A stretch of 64,000 bases of DNA, from contig JAGDZV010000001.1 in NCBI GenBank assembly GCA_049115495.1, positions 370,947 to 434,946 of the forward strand, written 5' to 3'. Made by a program: the position numbers and the translations under genes. Source of the stretch: Bacteroidia bacterium (lineage in GTDB: Bacteria > Bacteroidota > Bacteroidia > CAILMK01 > JACPUW01). A model generated the notes under the pieces. The model saw only the letters and a list, made by a program, of their open reading frames with translations. It did no database searches and had not been told where the DNA came from. Below, one piece after another: positions 20,058 through 29,040 of the stretch; within the stretch, counting starts at the first letter, position 1, and each line of letters opens with the position of its first letter.

Positions 20058-20894
20058 CTAGAATGCGTTCAGTTGATGGCGTACGTAGGTTTGCATAAGC
20101 AAATAAAGCTTTTTCCCATTGGGTACTCTTACTCTTTCCGATTTTATCACTTCGGGAGTAAGCGATTTAATCTTGTTAAATAGTCTTTGATAATATACGA
20201 AAGCCAAGTAAACACCTCTCCTAGCTCCTGCAGGTAACTGCATTATACCAATGTAGGCCTCTTCAAAGTCTTTTTGAATATCGTCTTCAATAGCTCTTTT
20301 TGCATCAACATTAAAGCTATCAAAATCAACACCCGGAAAATACACTCTTCCTCTTTCGTAAACATCATCTTTTAGGTCTCTCAAAAAGTTTACTTTTTGA
20401 AACGCAGATCCAAGTTTCCTTGCGGGTTCTCTTAATCTTTCATATTCGTCAATATCTCCTTCTACAAAAACACATAAACACATAAGGCCTACTACTTCGG
20501 CACTTCCGTAAATGTATTTTTCGTATCCATCTTGCTTATAAGCATCAAAATATAAATCCATTTCCATGCTTTCTAAAAATGATACGATAAGGTCATGGGG
20601 AATATTGTACTCTCTAACCACTTCTTGAAAAGTGTGCAATACTGGGTTAAGGCTAATTCCTTGATCAATGGCTTTGAATGTATCGGTCCTAAACTCATCA
20701 AGCAATTGCTTTTTGTCTTTGTGATGAAAAGTATCAACTATTTCATCAGCGAATCTTACAAAGCCATAAATACCATAAATGGGATCATGAAAACGCTTGT
20801 CTAGGCTTCTAATACCTAATGAAAATGAAGTGCTGTAAGCTTTAGTAATAAGCTTACTACACTGCCTGCATGTTTGATGATATAAGGCTAGCAT
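20058..20894 (-). CDS. crtB: Phytoene synthase (squalene/phytoene synthase family).
   Basis: The N-terminal SFSLGIRSLDKRFHDPIYGIYGFVRFADEIVDT carries the DxxxD-like substrate-binding region. YIYGSAEVVGLMCLCVF and GSAFQKVNFLRDLKDD match the CrtB second aspartate-rich motif. Confidence 0.85.
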   Translation of the reverse strand: MLALYHQTCRQCSKLITKAYSTSFSLGIRSLDKRFHDPIYGIYGFVRFADEIVDTFHHKDKKQLLDEFRTDTFKAIDQGISLNPVLHTFQEVVREYNIPHDLIVSFLESMEMDLYFDAYKQDGYEKYIYGSAEVVGLMCLCVFVEGDIDEYERLREPARKLGSAFQKVNFLRDLKDDVYERGRVYFPGVDFDSFNVDAKRAIEDDIQKDFEEAYIGIMQLPAGARRGVYLAFVYYQRLFNKIKSLTPEVIKSERVRVPNGKKLYLLMQTYVRHQLNAF

Positions 20895-22371
20895 GGTTTT
20901 GTTCTTTTATAATACGTTCGGTAACAAGTTTTGAACCTACCACAACCATTGGCAATCCGGTGCCTGGTGTGGTTGAAGCACCTACATAGTATAGGTTGTT
21001 CAACTCTTCATCTTTGTTGCTTGGTCTGAAATAGCCAATTTGGTCAAGATCGTGTGCAAGTCCAAGTCCGCTACCTTTATATAGATTAAACTTCTCTTCC
21101 CAATCTTTTGGTGTCCAAATTGTTTTGCTCAGTATATTATTCTTAATATCAAAATCTACTCTATTCCCTAAGTCTTCAATTATACCATTAGCAAATTCCT
21201 CGGCATCTTCCCAAGTGGGTTTATATCTTAGATCTTGTACAGGGCATAAAATAAATAGGTTTTCACAACCTTCTGGCGCGCAAGTATCATTCATCTTTGA
21301 CAGCGAATTCACATAGTAATAAGGTCTCTGTGGACTATCATTTCTAGTGAAAATCGTATCAGCATACTCTTTAAAATTATCTCCTAAAAAGTAGTTGTGG
21401 TGATTTAGATTGTCAATTTTCCCTTTAACACCAAGGTATATGGTAAAAGGAGCTAGCGTCCATTTCTTCTTGTCTAACTTAGGTTCTGCATACTTCTCTC
21501 TGTTTAGTATTTGCCCCCTAAACGAAGCTGCATCTCCATTAACTACATATGTATCGGCTTGCCAAAGATTTCCGTTTTGATCTACAACACCATCTACAGC
21601 ACCGTTAGATTTTTTTACTTCGGTAATTTCTGTGTTGAATAAAAACTGGACACCTCTTTTCTTGAGTTCAGCCATCATCACATCAACTATTTGATACATT
21701 CCACCTTTTACATTCCAGTAACCATCGTGTTTAAGCTCTGTGTAATTCAACAAGCTGTAAACAGCAGGCGTATTAAAAGGTGTTGCGCCTAGGAAAAATG
21801 CAACAAGTGAAAAAATGATTTTAACCTGTTCACTATCGTAATGACTATCAAGCTCGTCCCACATGTTTCTAAACAACATGGGAACATATTTAACGGGCAC
21901 TTTTAAAAATTGAGCAAAGAACTTGAAAGGATTGTCAAAATTGTTCTTTACGATGTTGTACTCAGTACTGTGAAAAAGATCAGATGCCTTTTTGAGGTAT
22001 TTCTCTGTTTTGGCAACAAAATCGGGTTCAATTTTGGCAAACTCTTGAGCCAACAACTCAAGGTCTTTGTAAACCTTATATCTCTCATCTTTGCCTGCAA
22101 AATGTACAGTGTACAGGGGATTAAGCTCGTGAAAATCAATTGGATTTTTCATACCCACGTACTTAAAAAGCTCGTCGAACTCATAGCTCATTGAGAAAAA
22201 CGAAGGACCTACATCCCAAGTAAATCCATCTTTTTTGAGCTGGTTTAATCTACCTCCAGCTTGATGGTGCTTCTCTATGATTTGTACGTGGTACCCATGG
22301 TGGGTTAAGCGCAAGGCTGTGGCTAATCCACCAAGTCCTGAACCTACAATAATTGCTTTAGGCTGCGGCAT
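20857..22371 (-). CDS. crtI: Phytoene desaturase (CrtI-type FAD-dependent).
   Basis: N-terminal KAIIVGSGLGGLATALRL (FAD βαβ fold). ~500 aa. The C-terminal YYVGASTTPGTGLPMVVVGSKL matches the CrtI C-terminal signature. Confidence 0.85.
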   Translation of the reverse strand: MPQPKAIIVGSGLGGLATALRLTHHGYHVQIIEKHHQAGGRLNQLKKDGFTWDVGPSFFSMSYEFDELFKYVGMKNPIDFHELNPLYTVHFAGKDERYKVYKDLELLAQEFAKIEPDFVAKTEKYLKKASDLFHSTEYNIVKNNFDNPFKFFAQFLKVPVKYVPMLFRNMWDELDSHYDSEQVKIIFSLVAFFLGATPFNTPAVYSLLNYTELKHDGYWNVKGGMYQIVDVMMAELKKRGVQFLFNTEITEVKKSNGAVDGVVDQNGNLWQADTYVVNGDAASFRGQILNREKYAEPKLDKKKWTLAPFTIYLGVKGKIDNLNHHNYFLGDNFKEYADTIFTRNDSPQRPYYYVNSLSKMNDTCAPEGCENLFILCPVQDLRYKPTWEDAEEFANGIIEDLGNRVDFDIKNNILSKTIWTPKDWEEKFNLYKGSGLGLAHDLDQIGYFRPSNKDEELNNLYYVGASTTPGTGLPMVVVGSKLVTERIIKEQNHASLISSNMQAV

Positions 22372-22879
22372 GTGATATGTTTATTCTTTGTAATTTCTTC
22401 TTAAGCTCTTGACGTGCTAAGAAAATACGACTCTTAACCGTGCCAAGTGGCAAATCAAGTTCGTCAGCAATTTCTTGATACTTAAATCCTTCATAATGTC
22501 TCATGAATGGCACTCGGTACTCATCTGGTAAACCCGCAACAATCTTCATAAGATCGTCCATTACTAATTTACCTTGTGCTCTGTTCCCTTCGCTCTGTTG
22601 GTTTGAGTCAAGATAAAAACTGTTTTCAGTTCCGTCTTGGGTAATTCTCATTTTGGTTTTACGACGGTAGTTGTTAATGAAGATATTCTTCATTATAGTA
22701 TAAAGCCACGCTTTGATGTTGGTTCCCTGTTCAAATTTGTCCTTGTTGCTCAAAGCTTTGAACATAGTCTCTTGCAAGAGGTCGTGGGTGTCTTCTAGGT
22801 CATTGGTAAGATTCAATGCGTATGGCTTCAAAAAATTTTGGAGGGCTATTACTTTAGTTTGAAACTCTTGTGTTGACAT
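22358..22879 (-). CDS. ECF-type RNA polymerase sigma-70 factor.
   Basis: Region 2 (DLLQETMFKALSNKDKF...KAWLYTIMKNIFINNYRR) and region 4 (EYRVPFMRHYEGFKYQEIADELDLPLGTVKSRIFLARQELKK) are present. The start MSTQEFQ at 22879 is supported by a candidate -7 box 14 nt upstream; the longest ORF start is 22930. The 3' end overlaps the crtI start by 14 bp. Confidence 0.75.
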   Translation of the reverse strand: MSTQEFQTKVIALQNFLKPYALNLTNDLEDTHDLLQETMFKALSNKDKFEQGTNIKAWLYTIMKNIFINNYRRKTKMRITQDGTENSFYLDSNQQSEGNRAQGKLVMDDLMKIVAGLPDEYRVPFMRHYEGFKYQEIADELDLPLGTVKSRIFLARQELKKKLQRINISHAAA

Positions 22880-22899
22880 GTGTTTAACTTTTGATGATT

Positions 22900-22967
22900 C
22901 AAACCTAAACAAAAAATTCAGACGTACCAAATTTTTGTTTAACTATTGACCCGCCTATGTTAAACAA
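22900..22967 (-). promoter_or_regulatory. Candidate Bacteroidetes-type promoter of the sigma/crt operon, with a perfect inverted repeat abutting it. The -7 element is TAGGTTTG (22907..22900, minus strand) and the -33 element is TTG (~22930..22928). The inverted repeat is TTGTTTAAC-N15-GTTAAACAA (22935..22967).
   Basis: Read directly from the sequence. It matches the Bacteroidetes sigA consensus TAnnTTTG/-33 TTG from established knowledge. The 9-bp perfect inverted repeat is very unlikely to be chance in an AT-rich context. Confidence 0.3.
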
Positions 22968-23173
22968 AGTTCGATTTAGATGTATATACATTGATTTTAA
23001 ACATAGGGTATATACTCTGTTAACGCATTTTAACGAACTAAAAGGTATATACAGCTAATGCTAATAGCATTTTCACAAGCTGTAATTATGTTTAACATAT
23101 GCAAATCCCAACCTAAACAAAATGAGCTTAGTTTAAAATTTGAGCCTATTGGTGTCCATTCTATATTTGAATT

Positions 23174-23554
23174 ATGACTAATCCCCTAGCCAAAAACACT
23201 ATTAAAACCTATGGATTTAGTCTTTTCATGTTTATTTTATTTATGGTTCACCAGTTTGTTGAACCATTTTACAAGCACAAGCTGATTGATAGTTATCTAG
23301 ACGATATCTGTTTTTTACCTGTAGCCTATGGTTTTGTTAAACTTTTAATTCAACAAAGTATTGATCATTCGTTTAAGCTTTCAATAAGTCATGCAATTAC
23401 TGGCCTAGTTGTTAGCATATTGGCTACTGAAATACTTTTTCCGGCTTTGAGTAATAAGCATACAGCAGATTTTTATGACGGTATCGCTTATATGATAGGA
23501 TCTATTTTGTTTATGCTTTTTGGTAATAAACAATTCAATAACAATGTTGGCTAA
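23174..23554 (+). CDS. Hypothetical small integral membrane protein with four predicted TM segments.
   Basis: Only the ORF and hydrophobicity support it. It is the first gene of a long co-directional array. Confidence 0.3.
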   Translation: MTNPLAKNTIKTYGFSLFMFILFMVHQFVEPFYKHKLIDSYLDDICFLPVAYGFVKLLIQQSIDHSFKLSISHAITGLVVSILATEILFPALSNKHTADFYDGIAYMIGSILFMLFGNKQFNNNVG

Positions 23555-23590
23555 GCCTATACCCTATTTTTGAAAGACAAACATTCTATT

Positions 23591-24157
23591 ATGAAACAAT
23601 TATTTCTCTTAACAATTGTTGCAGTTTTTATGGCTCCAAACAAATCGAGCGCCCAACTTGGTAAGCAATTTTTCTTTGAACTATCTCCGCTTTACTTTTT
23701 ATCTCAAGGCGGTGGTGGTGCCATTGGCACAGAAAAAGGACATTGGCAAAACGGACTTGCCTTTAATACATTTAATCCAAATGAATTCTATAGCAATGGA
23801 AAAATTCATGTTACGGGGTCAATTTCTGCCATTAGAGCCATGAGCTTTGAACCATTTACTAGGTTTTATTTTAGCAAAGAACGAAAATGGCTATACCTAG
23901 GCTTAAACCTAGTGCCTGAGCTTTATACTTTAAAAGATGAGAAAACGGGAGAAACTTCATTGAGTTTGAGTGCTTATGCAAAACCGAAAGTAGGTCTAAG
24001 ATGGTTTCCCTTTAAACGCATATTCTATTTGGATGCCGGTTATGCTATGAGCATTAAAATTCTTGATAGCGATGTCACACAATTGACTAATCCTGAATTT
24101 ACGTTTAGCGATTTTATTGGGATGCCTGAATTCTCTGTTGGGGTTAGAATAAAATAG
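23591..24157 (+). CDS. Hypothetical secreted protein.
   Basis: Signal peptide MKQLFLLTIVAVFMAPNKSSAQ; the ORF extends upstream to 23570. I do not recognise a family. Confidence 0.35.
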   Translation: MKQLFLLTIVAVFMAPNKSSAQLGKQFFFELSPLYFLSQGGGGAIGTEKGHWQNGLAFNTFNPNEFYSNGKIHVTGSISAIRAMSFEPFTRFYFSKERKWLYLGLNLVPELYTLKDEKTGETSLSLSAYAKPKVGLRWFPFKRIFYLDAGYAMSIKILDSDVTQLTNPEFTFSDFIGMPEFSVGVRIK

Positions 24158-24158
24158 T

Positions 24159-25046
24159 ATGGTAAACAAATCAGTCTTTCTGATCACAACTATCTTTTTT
24201 TGCTTGTCTTGCAATAGAGATCAAAAAATTATTGAAACCAATGAGTTTATTATTTCAGAAAACGTAGCTCCATTAATAATTGCCCATGGTGGGTCTAAGG
24301 CACTATTTCCTGAAAACACAATGCTAGCCTTTGATGAAAGTGTGAAAATTGGAGTTGACGCCCTAGAAATGGATGTGTGTTTGACTAAGGACGAGATCTT
24401 AGTAACTCACCATGATAAAACAATTGACAGAATGAGTGATGGTGAAGGAGCGGTATACAACTACACCTTTGCCGATCTTCTCAATTTCAATTTTGGCTAT
24501 GATTTTGTTGATCTGAAAGGTGATAAGCCCTATAAAAATTCTAAAGTTGAAATTGCTAAACTCGAGTCAGTTATTGAGAAATATTCTAATTATCCATTAA
24601 TAATAGAGATAAAGGATGAAGATGAACTAGGTAAAAAAGCTGCTGACCTTTTAACAGCATTGATTGATAAATATGGCATAAAGAGCACTACAATTATTGC
24701 TTCATTTCACGATAATATAATTGATTATATAATTGATAAAGACAATGGCTTTCTTGTATCAACTGCTGAAAGTGAAGCCAGAAGAATGGTTATTACAACA
24801 AAAAGTGGAATGACGCTTTTTTACAAACCAAGTGCCATGGCACTACAGTTACCAATGGAAAGTGCCGGTTTAAATCTAACGCGTAAAAGAATTATAAAAC
24901 ACGCTCACAAACGAAATATGGCTGTGCATTACTGGACCATTAACAACAAAGAAGATATGAAGCTATTAATTGAAAATGGTGCAGACGGCTTAATTACCGA
25001 TAGGCCAGACTTAATGAACGAAGTGCTAATTGAAATGGGCTTTTAG
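24159..25046 (+). CDS. Glycerophosphodiester phosphodiesterase family lipoprotein (GlpQ/UgpQ-like).
   Basis: Lipobox FFCLSCN. IIAHGGSKALFPENTMLAFDESVKIGVDALEMDVCLTKDEILVTHHD carries the GDPD catalytic H...R/E...D...H pattern. The start is 1 bp after the previous stop. Confidence 0.75.
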   Translation: MVNKSVFLITTIFFCLSCNRDQKIIETNEFIISENVAPLIIAHGGSKALFPENTMLAFDESVKIGVDALEMDVCLTKDEILVTHHDKTIDRMSDGEGAVYNYTFADLLNFNFGYDFVDLKGDKPYKNSKVEIAKLESVIEKYSNYPLIIEIKDEDELGKKAADLLTALIDKYGIKSTTIIASFHDNIIDYIIDKDNGFLVSTAESEARRMVITTKSGMTLFYKPSAMALQLPMESAGLNLTRKRIIKHAHKRNMAVHYWTINNKEDMKLLIENGADGLITDRPDLMNEVLIEMGF

Positions 25047-25092
25047 ATATTTAGCCGCTATATTTGGTTGCAATGATGCTTAAAAACGCTAA

Positions 25093-25551
25093 ATGATAAA
25101 GTATAACATTATAGCAACAGATAGCAGCTTTGGACCTGTTTGGTTCTTATTGGGTTCTGCTGTAATCGAATACATTATCGTTTCAATAATAAAAATGCAA
25201 TTCTCAAAAACGAGTAAAAGCAAAACCAAAATTATTGAAAACGGGTATCGGACACCAGATATTTTTGGACAACAAAGGCAAGATTTTACGAAATACAGTT
25301 CCTTTAAAAAAATGGATATTGATTGGCGAGTTGCACTTTTTGCTATTCTTACTTTGTTAAGTATTTCAATTATTCAAAATAAATACAAAGGTGGGGCTAA
25401 AGAAATTTCTTATTCAGAGACCTTTTATAATACTCATGCATTTCTATACCCTACTATAAAAGCTGCAGAACCACGCCATGTTACATTTGATTTAGACGTG
25501 ACAGAGCCATTTATTAAAAAAAATACAAAAACACAAAATGTTGAATTTTAA
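25093..25551 (+). CDS. Hypothetical membrane protein.
   Basis: Two predicted TM segments. No recognisable domain. Confidence 0.3.
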   Translation: MIKYNIIATDSSFGPVWFLLGSAVIEYIIVSIIKMQFSKTSKSKTKIIENGYRTPDIFGQQRQDFTKYSSFKKMDIDWRVALFAILTLLSISIIQNKYKGGAKEISYSETFYNTHAFLYPTIKAAEPRHVTFDLDVTEPFIKKNTKTQNVEF

Positions 25552-26008
25552 AATAGACGATGCCATATACTTTCTTGGCTTAACAAGGCAGCGCATAACG
25601 GATGTGATTAGCAATAAATCAACTGAACAGCTAAACAGAATACCGCAAGGTTTTAAAAACAACCTAATTTGGAATGCCGGACATTGTTTGGCCACCCAAA
25701 ACCTATTAACATATGGCTTAAGCGGTTTACCTTTTGATATTGATAATGAAATTATTGAAAGATATAGGAAAGGCTCGAGCCCAACTGAAATGGTAGAATC
25801 TGGCCAAATTGAGATAATTAAAAAAGAGTTGATTGAAAGCCCAAAGCGACTTTTAAATCACTATGAAGCTAGCGACTTTAAGCAATTTAAAGTATACCAA
25901 ACTAGCTACGGTGCCGAATTAAAAAATGTTGAGCAAGCTATTGCCTTCAATAATACGCATGAAGGACTTCATTTAGGGATTATGATGGCTCAATCTAAAT
26001 TGGTTTAA
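25538..26008 (+). CDS. DinB/YfiT-like superfamily protein (putative metal-dependent four-helix-bundle enzyme).
   Basis: NAGHCLATQNLL ... HEGLHLGIMMAQSKL. The conserved His positions and the ~155-aa size resemble DinB_2/DUF664-type proteins. This is a weak call. Confidence 0.4.
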   Translation: MLNFKIDDAIYFLGLTRQRITDVISNKSTEQLNRIPQGFKNNLIWNAGHCLATQNLLTYGLSGLPFDIDNEIIERYRKGSSPTEMVESGQIEIIKKELIESPKRLLNHYEASDFKQFKVYQTSYGAELKNVEQAIAFNNTHEGLHLGIMMAQSKLV

Positions 26009-26020
26009 AATTAGAATTAT

Positions 26021-26563
26021 ATGAAAGGAGTAGTATTTACCGAGTTTCTAGAGTTAGTTGAAGAAAAATTCGGATATGAAGTGGCTGATCACATAATTGA
26101 AACAAGTAATTTACCAAACAAAGGAGCTTACACCGCTGTAGGCACCTATCCATTTGGTGAGTTAGCTACCATGCTGGGTAAGCTTAGCGAGCACACAAAA
26201 ATTCCAGCTTCAGACCTATTAGTGGCCTTTGGTCATCACTTATTTAACACATTTATTAGGCTTTATGGACACTTTTTTGAAGGTATCAAAGATTCGTTCG
26301 ATTTTCTCACGAACATTGAAGGCTACATACATGTAGAAGTAAAAAAACTATATCCTGATGCTGAATTGCCAAGTATAAAAACGGAACAAATTGATGATAA
26401 AACACTCATTTTGCATTACGTGTCAAAAAGAAAACTGGCACATTTAGCCTTTGGTTTAATTGAGAAATCACTTGAACACTTTAAGCAAAAGGCAAACATT
26501 AAAATGGAAAATAAAGATGATTCGGGTGAGAATGTAACCATAACAGTTGAGCTAACAGATTGA
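26021..26563 (+). CDS. hnoX: H-NOX (heme nitric oxide/oxygen binding, HNOB) domain protein, a stand-alone gas sensor.
   Basis: It aligns with T. tengcongensis H-NOX. MKGVVFTEFLELVEEKFGYEV vs MKGTIVGTWIKTLRDLYG. The proximal-His region NIEGYIHVEVKK vs MMDEVHLQLTK. The Y-x-S-x-R motif ILHYVSKRKLAHLAFGLIEKSLEHFK vs EMEYVSKRKMYDYFLGLIEGSSKFFK. The stop overlaps the next gene's ATG (ATGA). Confidence 0.85.
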   Translation: MKGVVFTEFLELVEEKFGYEVADHIIETSNLPNKGAYTAVGTYPFGELATMLGKLSEHTKIPASDLLVAFGHHLFNTFIRLYGHFFEGIKDSFDFLTNIEGYIHVEVKKLYPDAELPSIKTEQIDDKTLILHYVSKRKLAHLAFGLIEKSLEHFKQKANIKMENKDDSGENVTITVELTD

Positions 26564-29040
26564 GTAGCGAAGTTGACATATTAAAAAGAAGACTTGAAAG
26601 AGAGCGATTGGCGCGAAAAGAAGCCGAGCGAATTCTTGAAGAACGCTCGCTTCAGCTATACCATGCCAACGAAAAGCTCATTGAAATAAATCAAAACCTT
26701 GAAGAGAAAGTAGAGAAAAGAAGCAAAGAGCTTTTTATTCAAGAAAAAAACTACCAACAAGTAGTAGAAAATGTTCCTGATATAATCTACAAGGCTGACG
26801 CTGACGGGAAATTCATTTTTGTAAATAAAAACGCCGAAGAAATTACAGGGTATTCTGAAAAAGAGCTTTTGCAAATGCACTACATGCAATTGATAAAAGG
26901 AGACCATGTTGAGAATGTTCAGGCCTTTTATTACCAGCAGTACCTTGAAAAGGTTTCCAAATCATATTTAGAATTTCCGATTTTAACTAAAGAGCAAAAG
27001 CTTGTTTGGATTGGACAAAACGTGCAATACAATTACAAGAACAATGGTGAAATTGAAGAAGTATTTGCCATTGCCCGTGATATTACAGAGTTTAAATATG
27101 CCAATGAGCAGCTGGCCATAAGTGAAGAAAAATATCGAAGCATAATTGAGAACTTACACTTGGGCCTTTTAGAAACTGATGTTGAAGGTATAGTTACTAA
27201 GGTTTATCCTAAGTTTACTGAACTTACTGGCTATGCTCCACAAGATCTTCTTAACAAAGACCCTAAAAAAGTACTTTTAAAAAATGATGCAGACCGCCAA
27301 CTTGTTGTTGAACAAGAAAAACTAAGAATACAGAAAAAGGCAAGTGCATACGAAGCACCCTTGGTTAAAAAGAATGGCGAAACCATTTGGGTAATTATTA
27401 GCGCCGCTCCTATTTTCTCAAGAGAAGGTGAAATTATAGGAACCATTGGAGTTCATTTCGATATTTCGGAACGAAAACAAATGGAAGAAGACCTTAGAAA
27501 CGCTAGACATGAAGCCGAAAGCGCTCAAAAAGCCGAGCAGTTGTTTTTGGCCAATATGAGCCATGAAATTAGAACTCCGCTTAATGCTGTAATAGGCATG
27601 GCACATTTGCTATATGATTTGTCTTCAACTCAAGAGCAAATAGAGTATTTAGATATAATTAAAAACTCTGCTAACCTTTTAAAAGGGATAATTAACGATA
27701 TACTTGACATAAGTAAAATTGAAGCAGGTAAACTTGAGTATAACGAAAGTGATTTTTTAATAGCCGAACTGATTAAATCTCTTAGCAAAACCTTTGAGCT
27801 TAAAGTACAAGGCAAGCCCATTGAAGTTAAGTCTGAAATTGACGATCTTCTAAAAAACCAGGTAATTAAAGGTGATAGTTTACTTTTAAATCAAGTGCTT
27901 CTAAACTTATTAAGCAATGCTGAAAAGTTTACGAGTAAGGGCGAAATTGGCCTAAATGCTCAAGTGCTTAATAACACACCAGACCGCATAGATCTTCAAT
28001 TTATGGTTTATGATTCGGGAATAGGTATTAGCCCAAATAGAATTGACTCAATTTTTGAAAAATATGAGCAAGCCAATCAAGAAACCAAGATGAAATATGG
28101 CGGTACTGGACTGGGATTGGCAATAACCAAAAAAATAGTTGAGTTTTTAGGCGGTCATATTTCTGTAGAAAGCACAGAAAATATTGGCAGCGTGTTTAAG
28201 GTAAACTTAGGTTTTGAGAAATCAGCAGATAGCGCTGAAGCAAAAATTGAAGTTAACACAGAAAAAGAACAAACTAAAGTATATAAAGATGTATTGGTGG
28301 TTGAAGATAACGCCATGAATCGCAAATATTTAGGCGAGATTTTTAAACGATTTGACTTAAGCGTTGAATACGCCTTTGACGGCCAAATTGCCATTGAAAA
28401 AACGCAACAAAAGGTGTTTGATATTATTTTAATGGACCTGCAAATGCCTGTTAAAGATGGTTTTGAAGCAACGGTAGAAATTAGGAATAAATTAAACCCT
28501 AACCACAAGACCGAAATTGTGGGTTTAAGTGCGTTTGCAACTGATGAAGTAATTAAAAAATGTAACATGGCCGGAATGAATAATTTCATTTCTAAACCAG
28601 TTACCCCAAGTCAAATTATTGACTTGCTTAATTTAAGACAACAGCAACCCGTAATTGATTCAACTGGAATAGACAAAAGGAGCCGACTTGACAAAAATGT
28701 ATTGGAAGAACTCTATTTCGGTGATGAGAGCTACGCTTTTGAAATGTTCGATCATTTTCTTGGGGTAGCCGACGAACAGATTAATCAACTCAAAACAACT
28801 ATAAACGAGCAAAACTGGAAAGAGCTTAGAAGGTTAATTCATAAAATGAAACCTGGATTTTCTATGGTTGGCCTTCCCGGACTTCAAGAAATCGGATCAA
28901 AGCTTGAAACGGCTTGTGAGCTTGATGCCGAAAAAGAAATTCTAGAAATTTCTAAAACACTATTTATTGAGTTTGATGCTAGTATAAAAGATGTAGAAGA
29001 AGAACACAAACGATTAAAAGAATCTATTAATAGTAAATGA
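26560..29040 (+). CDS. hnoK: Hybrid sensor histidine kinase with an N-terminal coiled-coil, two PAS domains, HisKA, HATPase_c, a REC receiver and a C-terminal Hpt domain.
   Basis: H-box FLANMSHEIRTPLNAVIGM. N/G-boxes LLNLLSNAEKF, YGGTGLGLAI. Receiver DVLVVEDNAMNRKYL...ILMDLQMPVKDG...KPV. The Hpt-like IHKMKPGFSMVGL has a phosphorylatable His. There are no TM segments, so it is a cytoplasmic sensor. Confidence 0.85.
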   Translation: MSSEVDILKRRLERERLARKEAERILEERSLQLYHANEKLIEINQNLEEKVEKRSKELFIQEKNYQQVVENVPDIIYKADADGKFIFVNKNAEEITGYSEKELLQMHYMQLIKGDHVENVQAFYYQQYLEKVSKSYLEFPILTKEQKLVWIGQNVQYNYKNNGEIEEVFAIARDITEFKYANEQLAISEEKYRSIIENLHLGLLETDVEGIVTKVYPKFTELTGYAPQDLLNKDPKKVLLKNDADRQLVVEQEKLRIQKKASAYEAPLVKKNGETIWVIISAAPIFSREGEIIGTIGVHFDISERKQMEEDLRNARHEAESAQKAEQLFLANMSHEIRTPLNAVIGMAHLLYDLSSTQEQIEYLDIIKNSANLLKGIINDILDISKIEAGKLEYNESDFLIAELIKSLSKTFELKVQGKPIEVKSEIDDLLKNQVIKGDSLLLNQVLLNLLSNAEKFTSKGEIGLNAQVLNNTPDRIDLQFMVYDSGIGISPNRIDSIFEKYEQANQETKMKYGGTGLGLAITKKIVEFLGGHISVESTENIGSVFKVNLGFEKSADSAEAKIEVNTEKEQTKVYKDVLVVEDNAMNRKYLGEIFKRFDLSVEYAFDGQIAIEKTQQKVFDIILMDLQMPVKDGFEATVEIRNKLNPNHKTEIVGLSAFATDEVIKKCNMAGMNNFISKPVTPSQIIDLLNLRQQQPVIDSTGIDKRSRLDKNVLEELYFGDESYAFEMFDHFLGVADEQINQLKTTINEQNWKELRRLIHKMKPGFSMVGLPGLQEIGSKLETACELDAEKEILEISKTLFIEFDASIKDVEEEHKRLKESINSK

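Noticed and set aside
26656-28589. Antisense ORFs within the hybrid histidine kinase: 26656-26907, 27231-27446, 27418-27606, 27630-27821 and 28155-28589.
   Set aside because: They are embedded antisense in a gene with canonical HisKA, HATPase, REC and Hpt motifs, and they have no motifs of their own.
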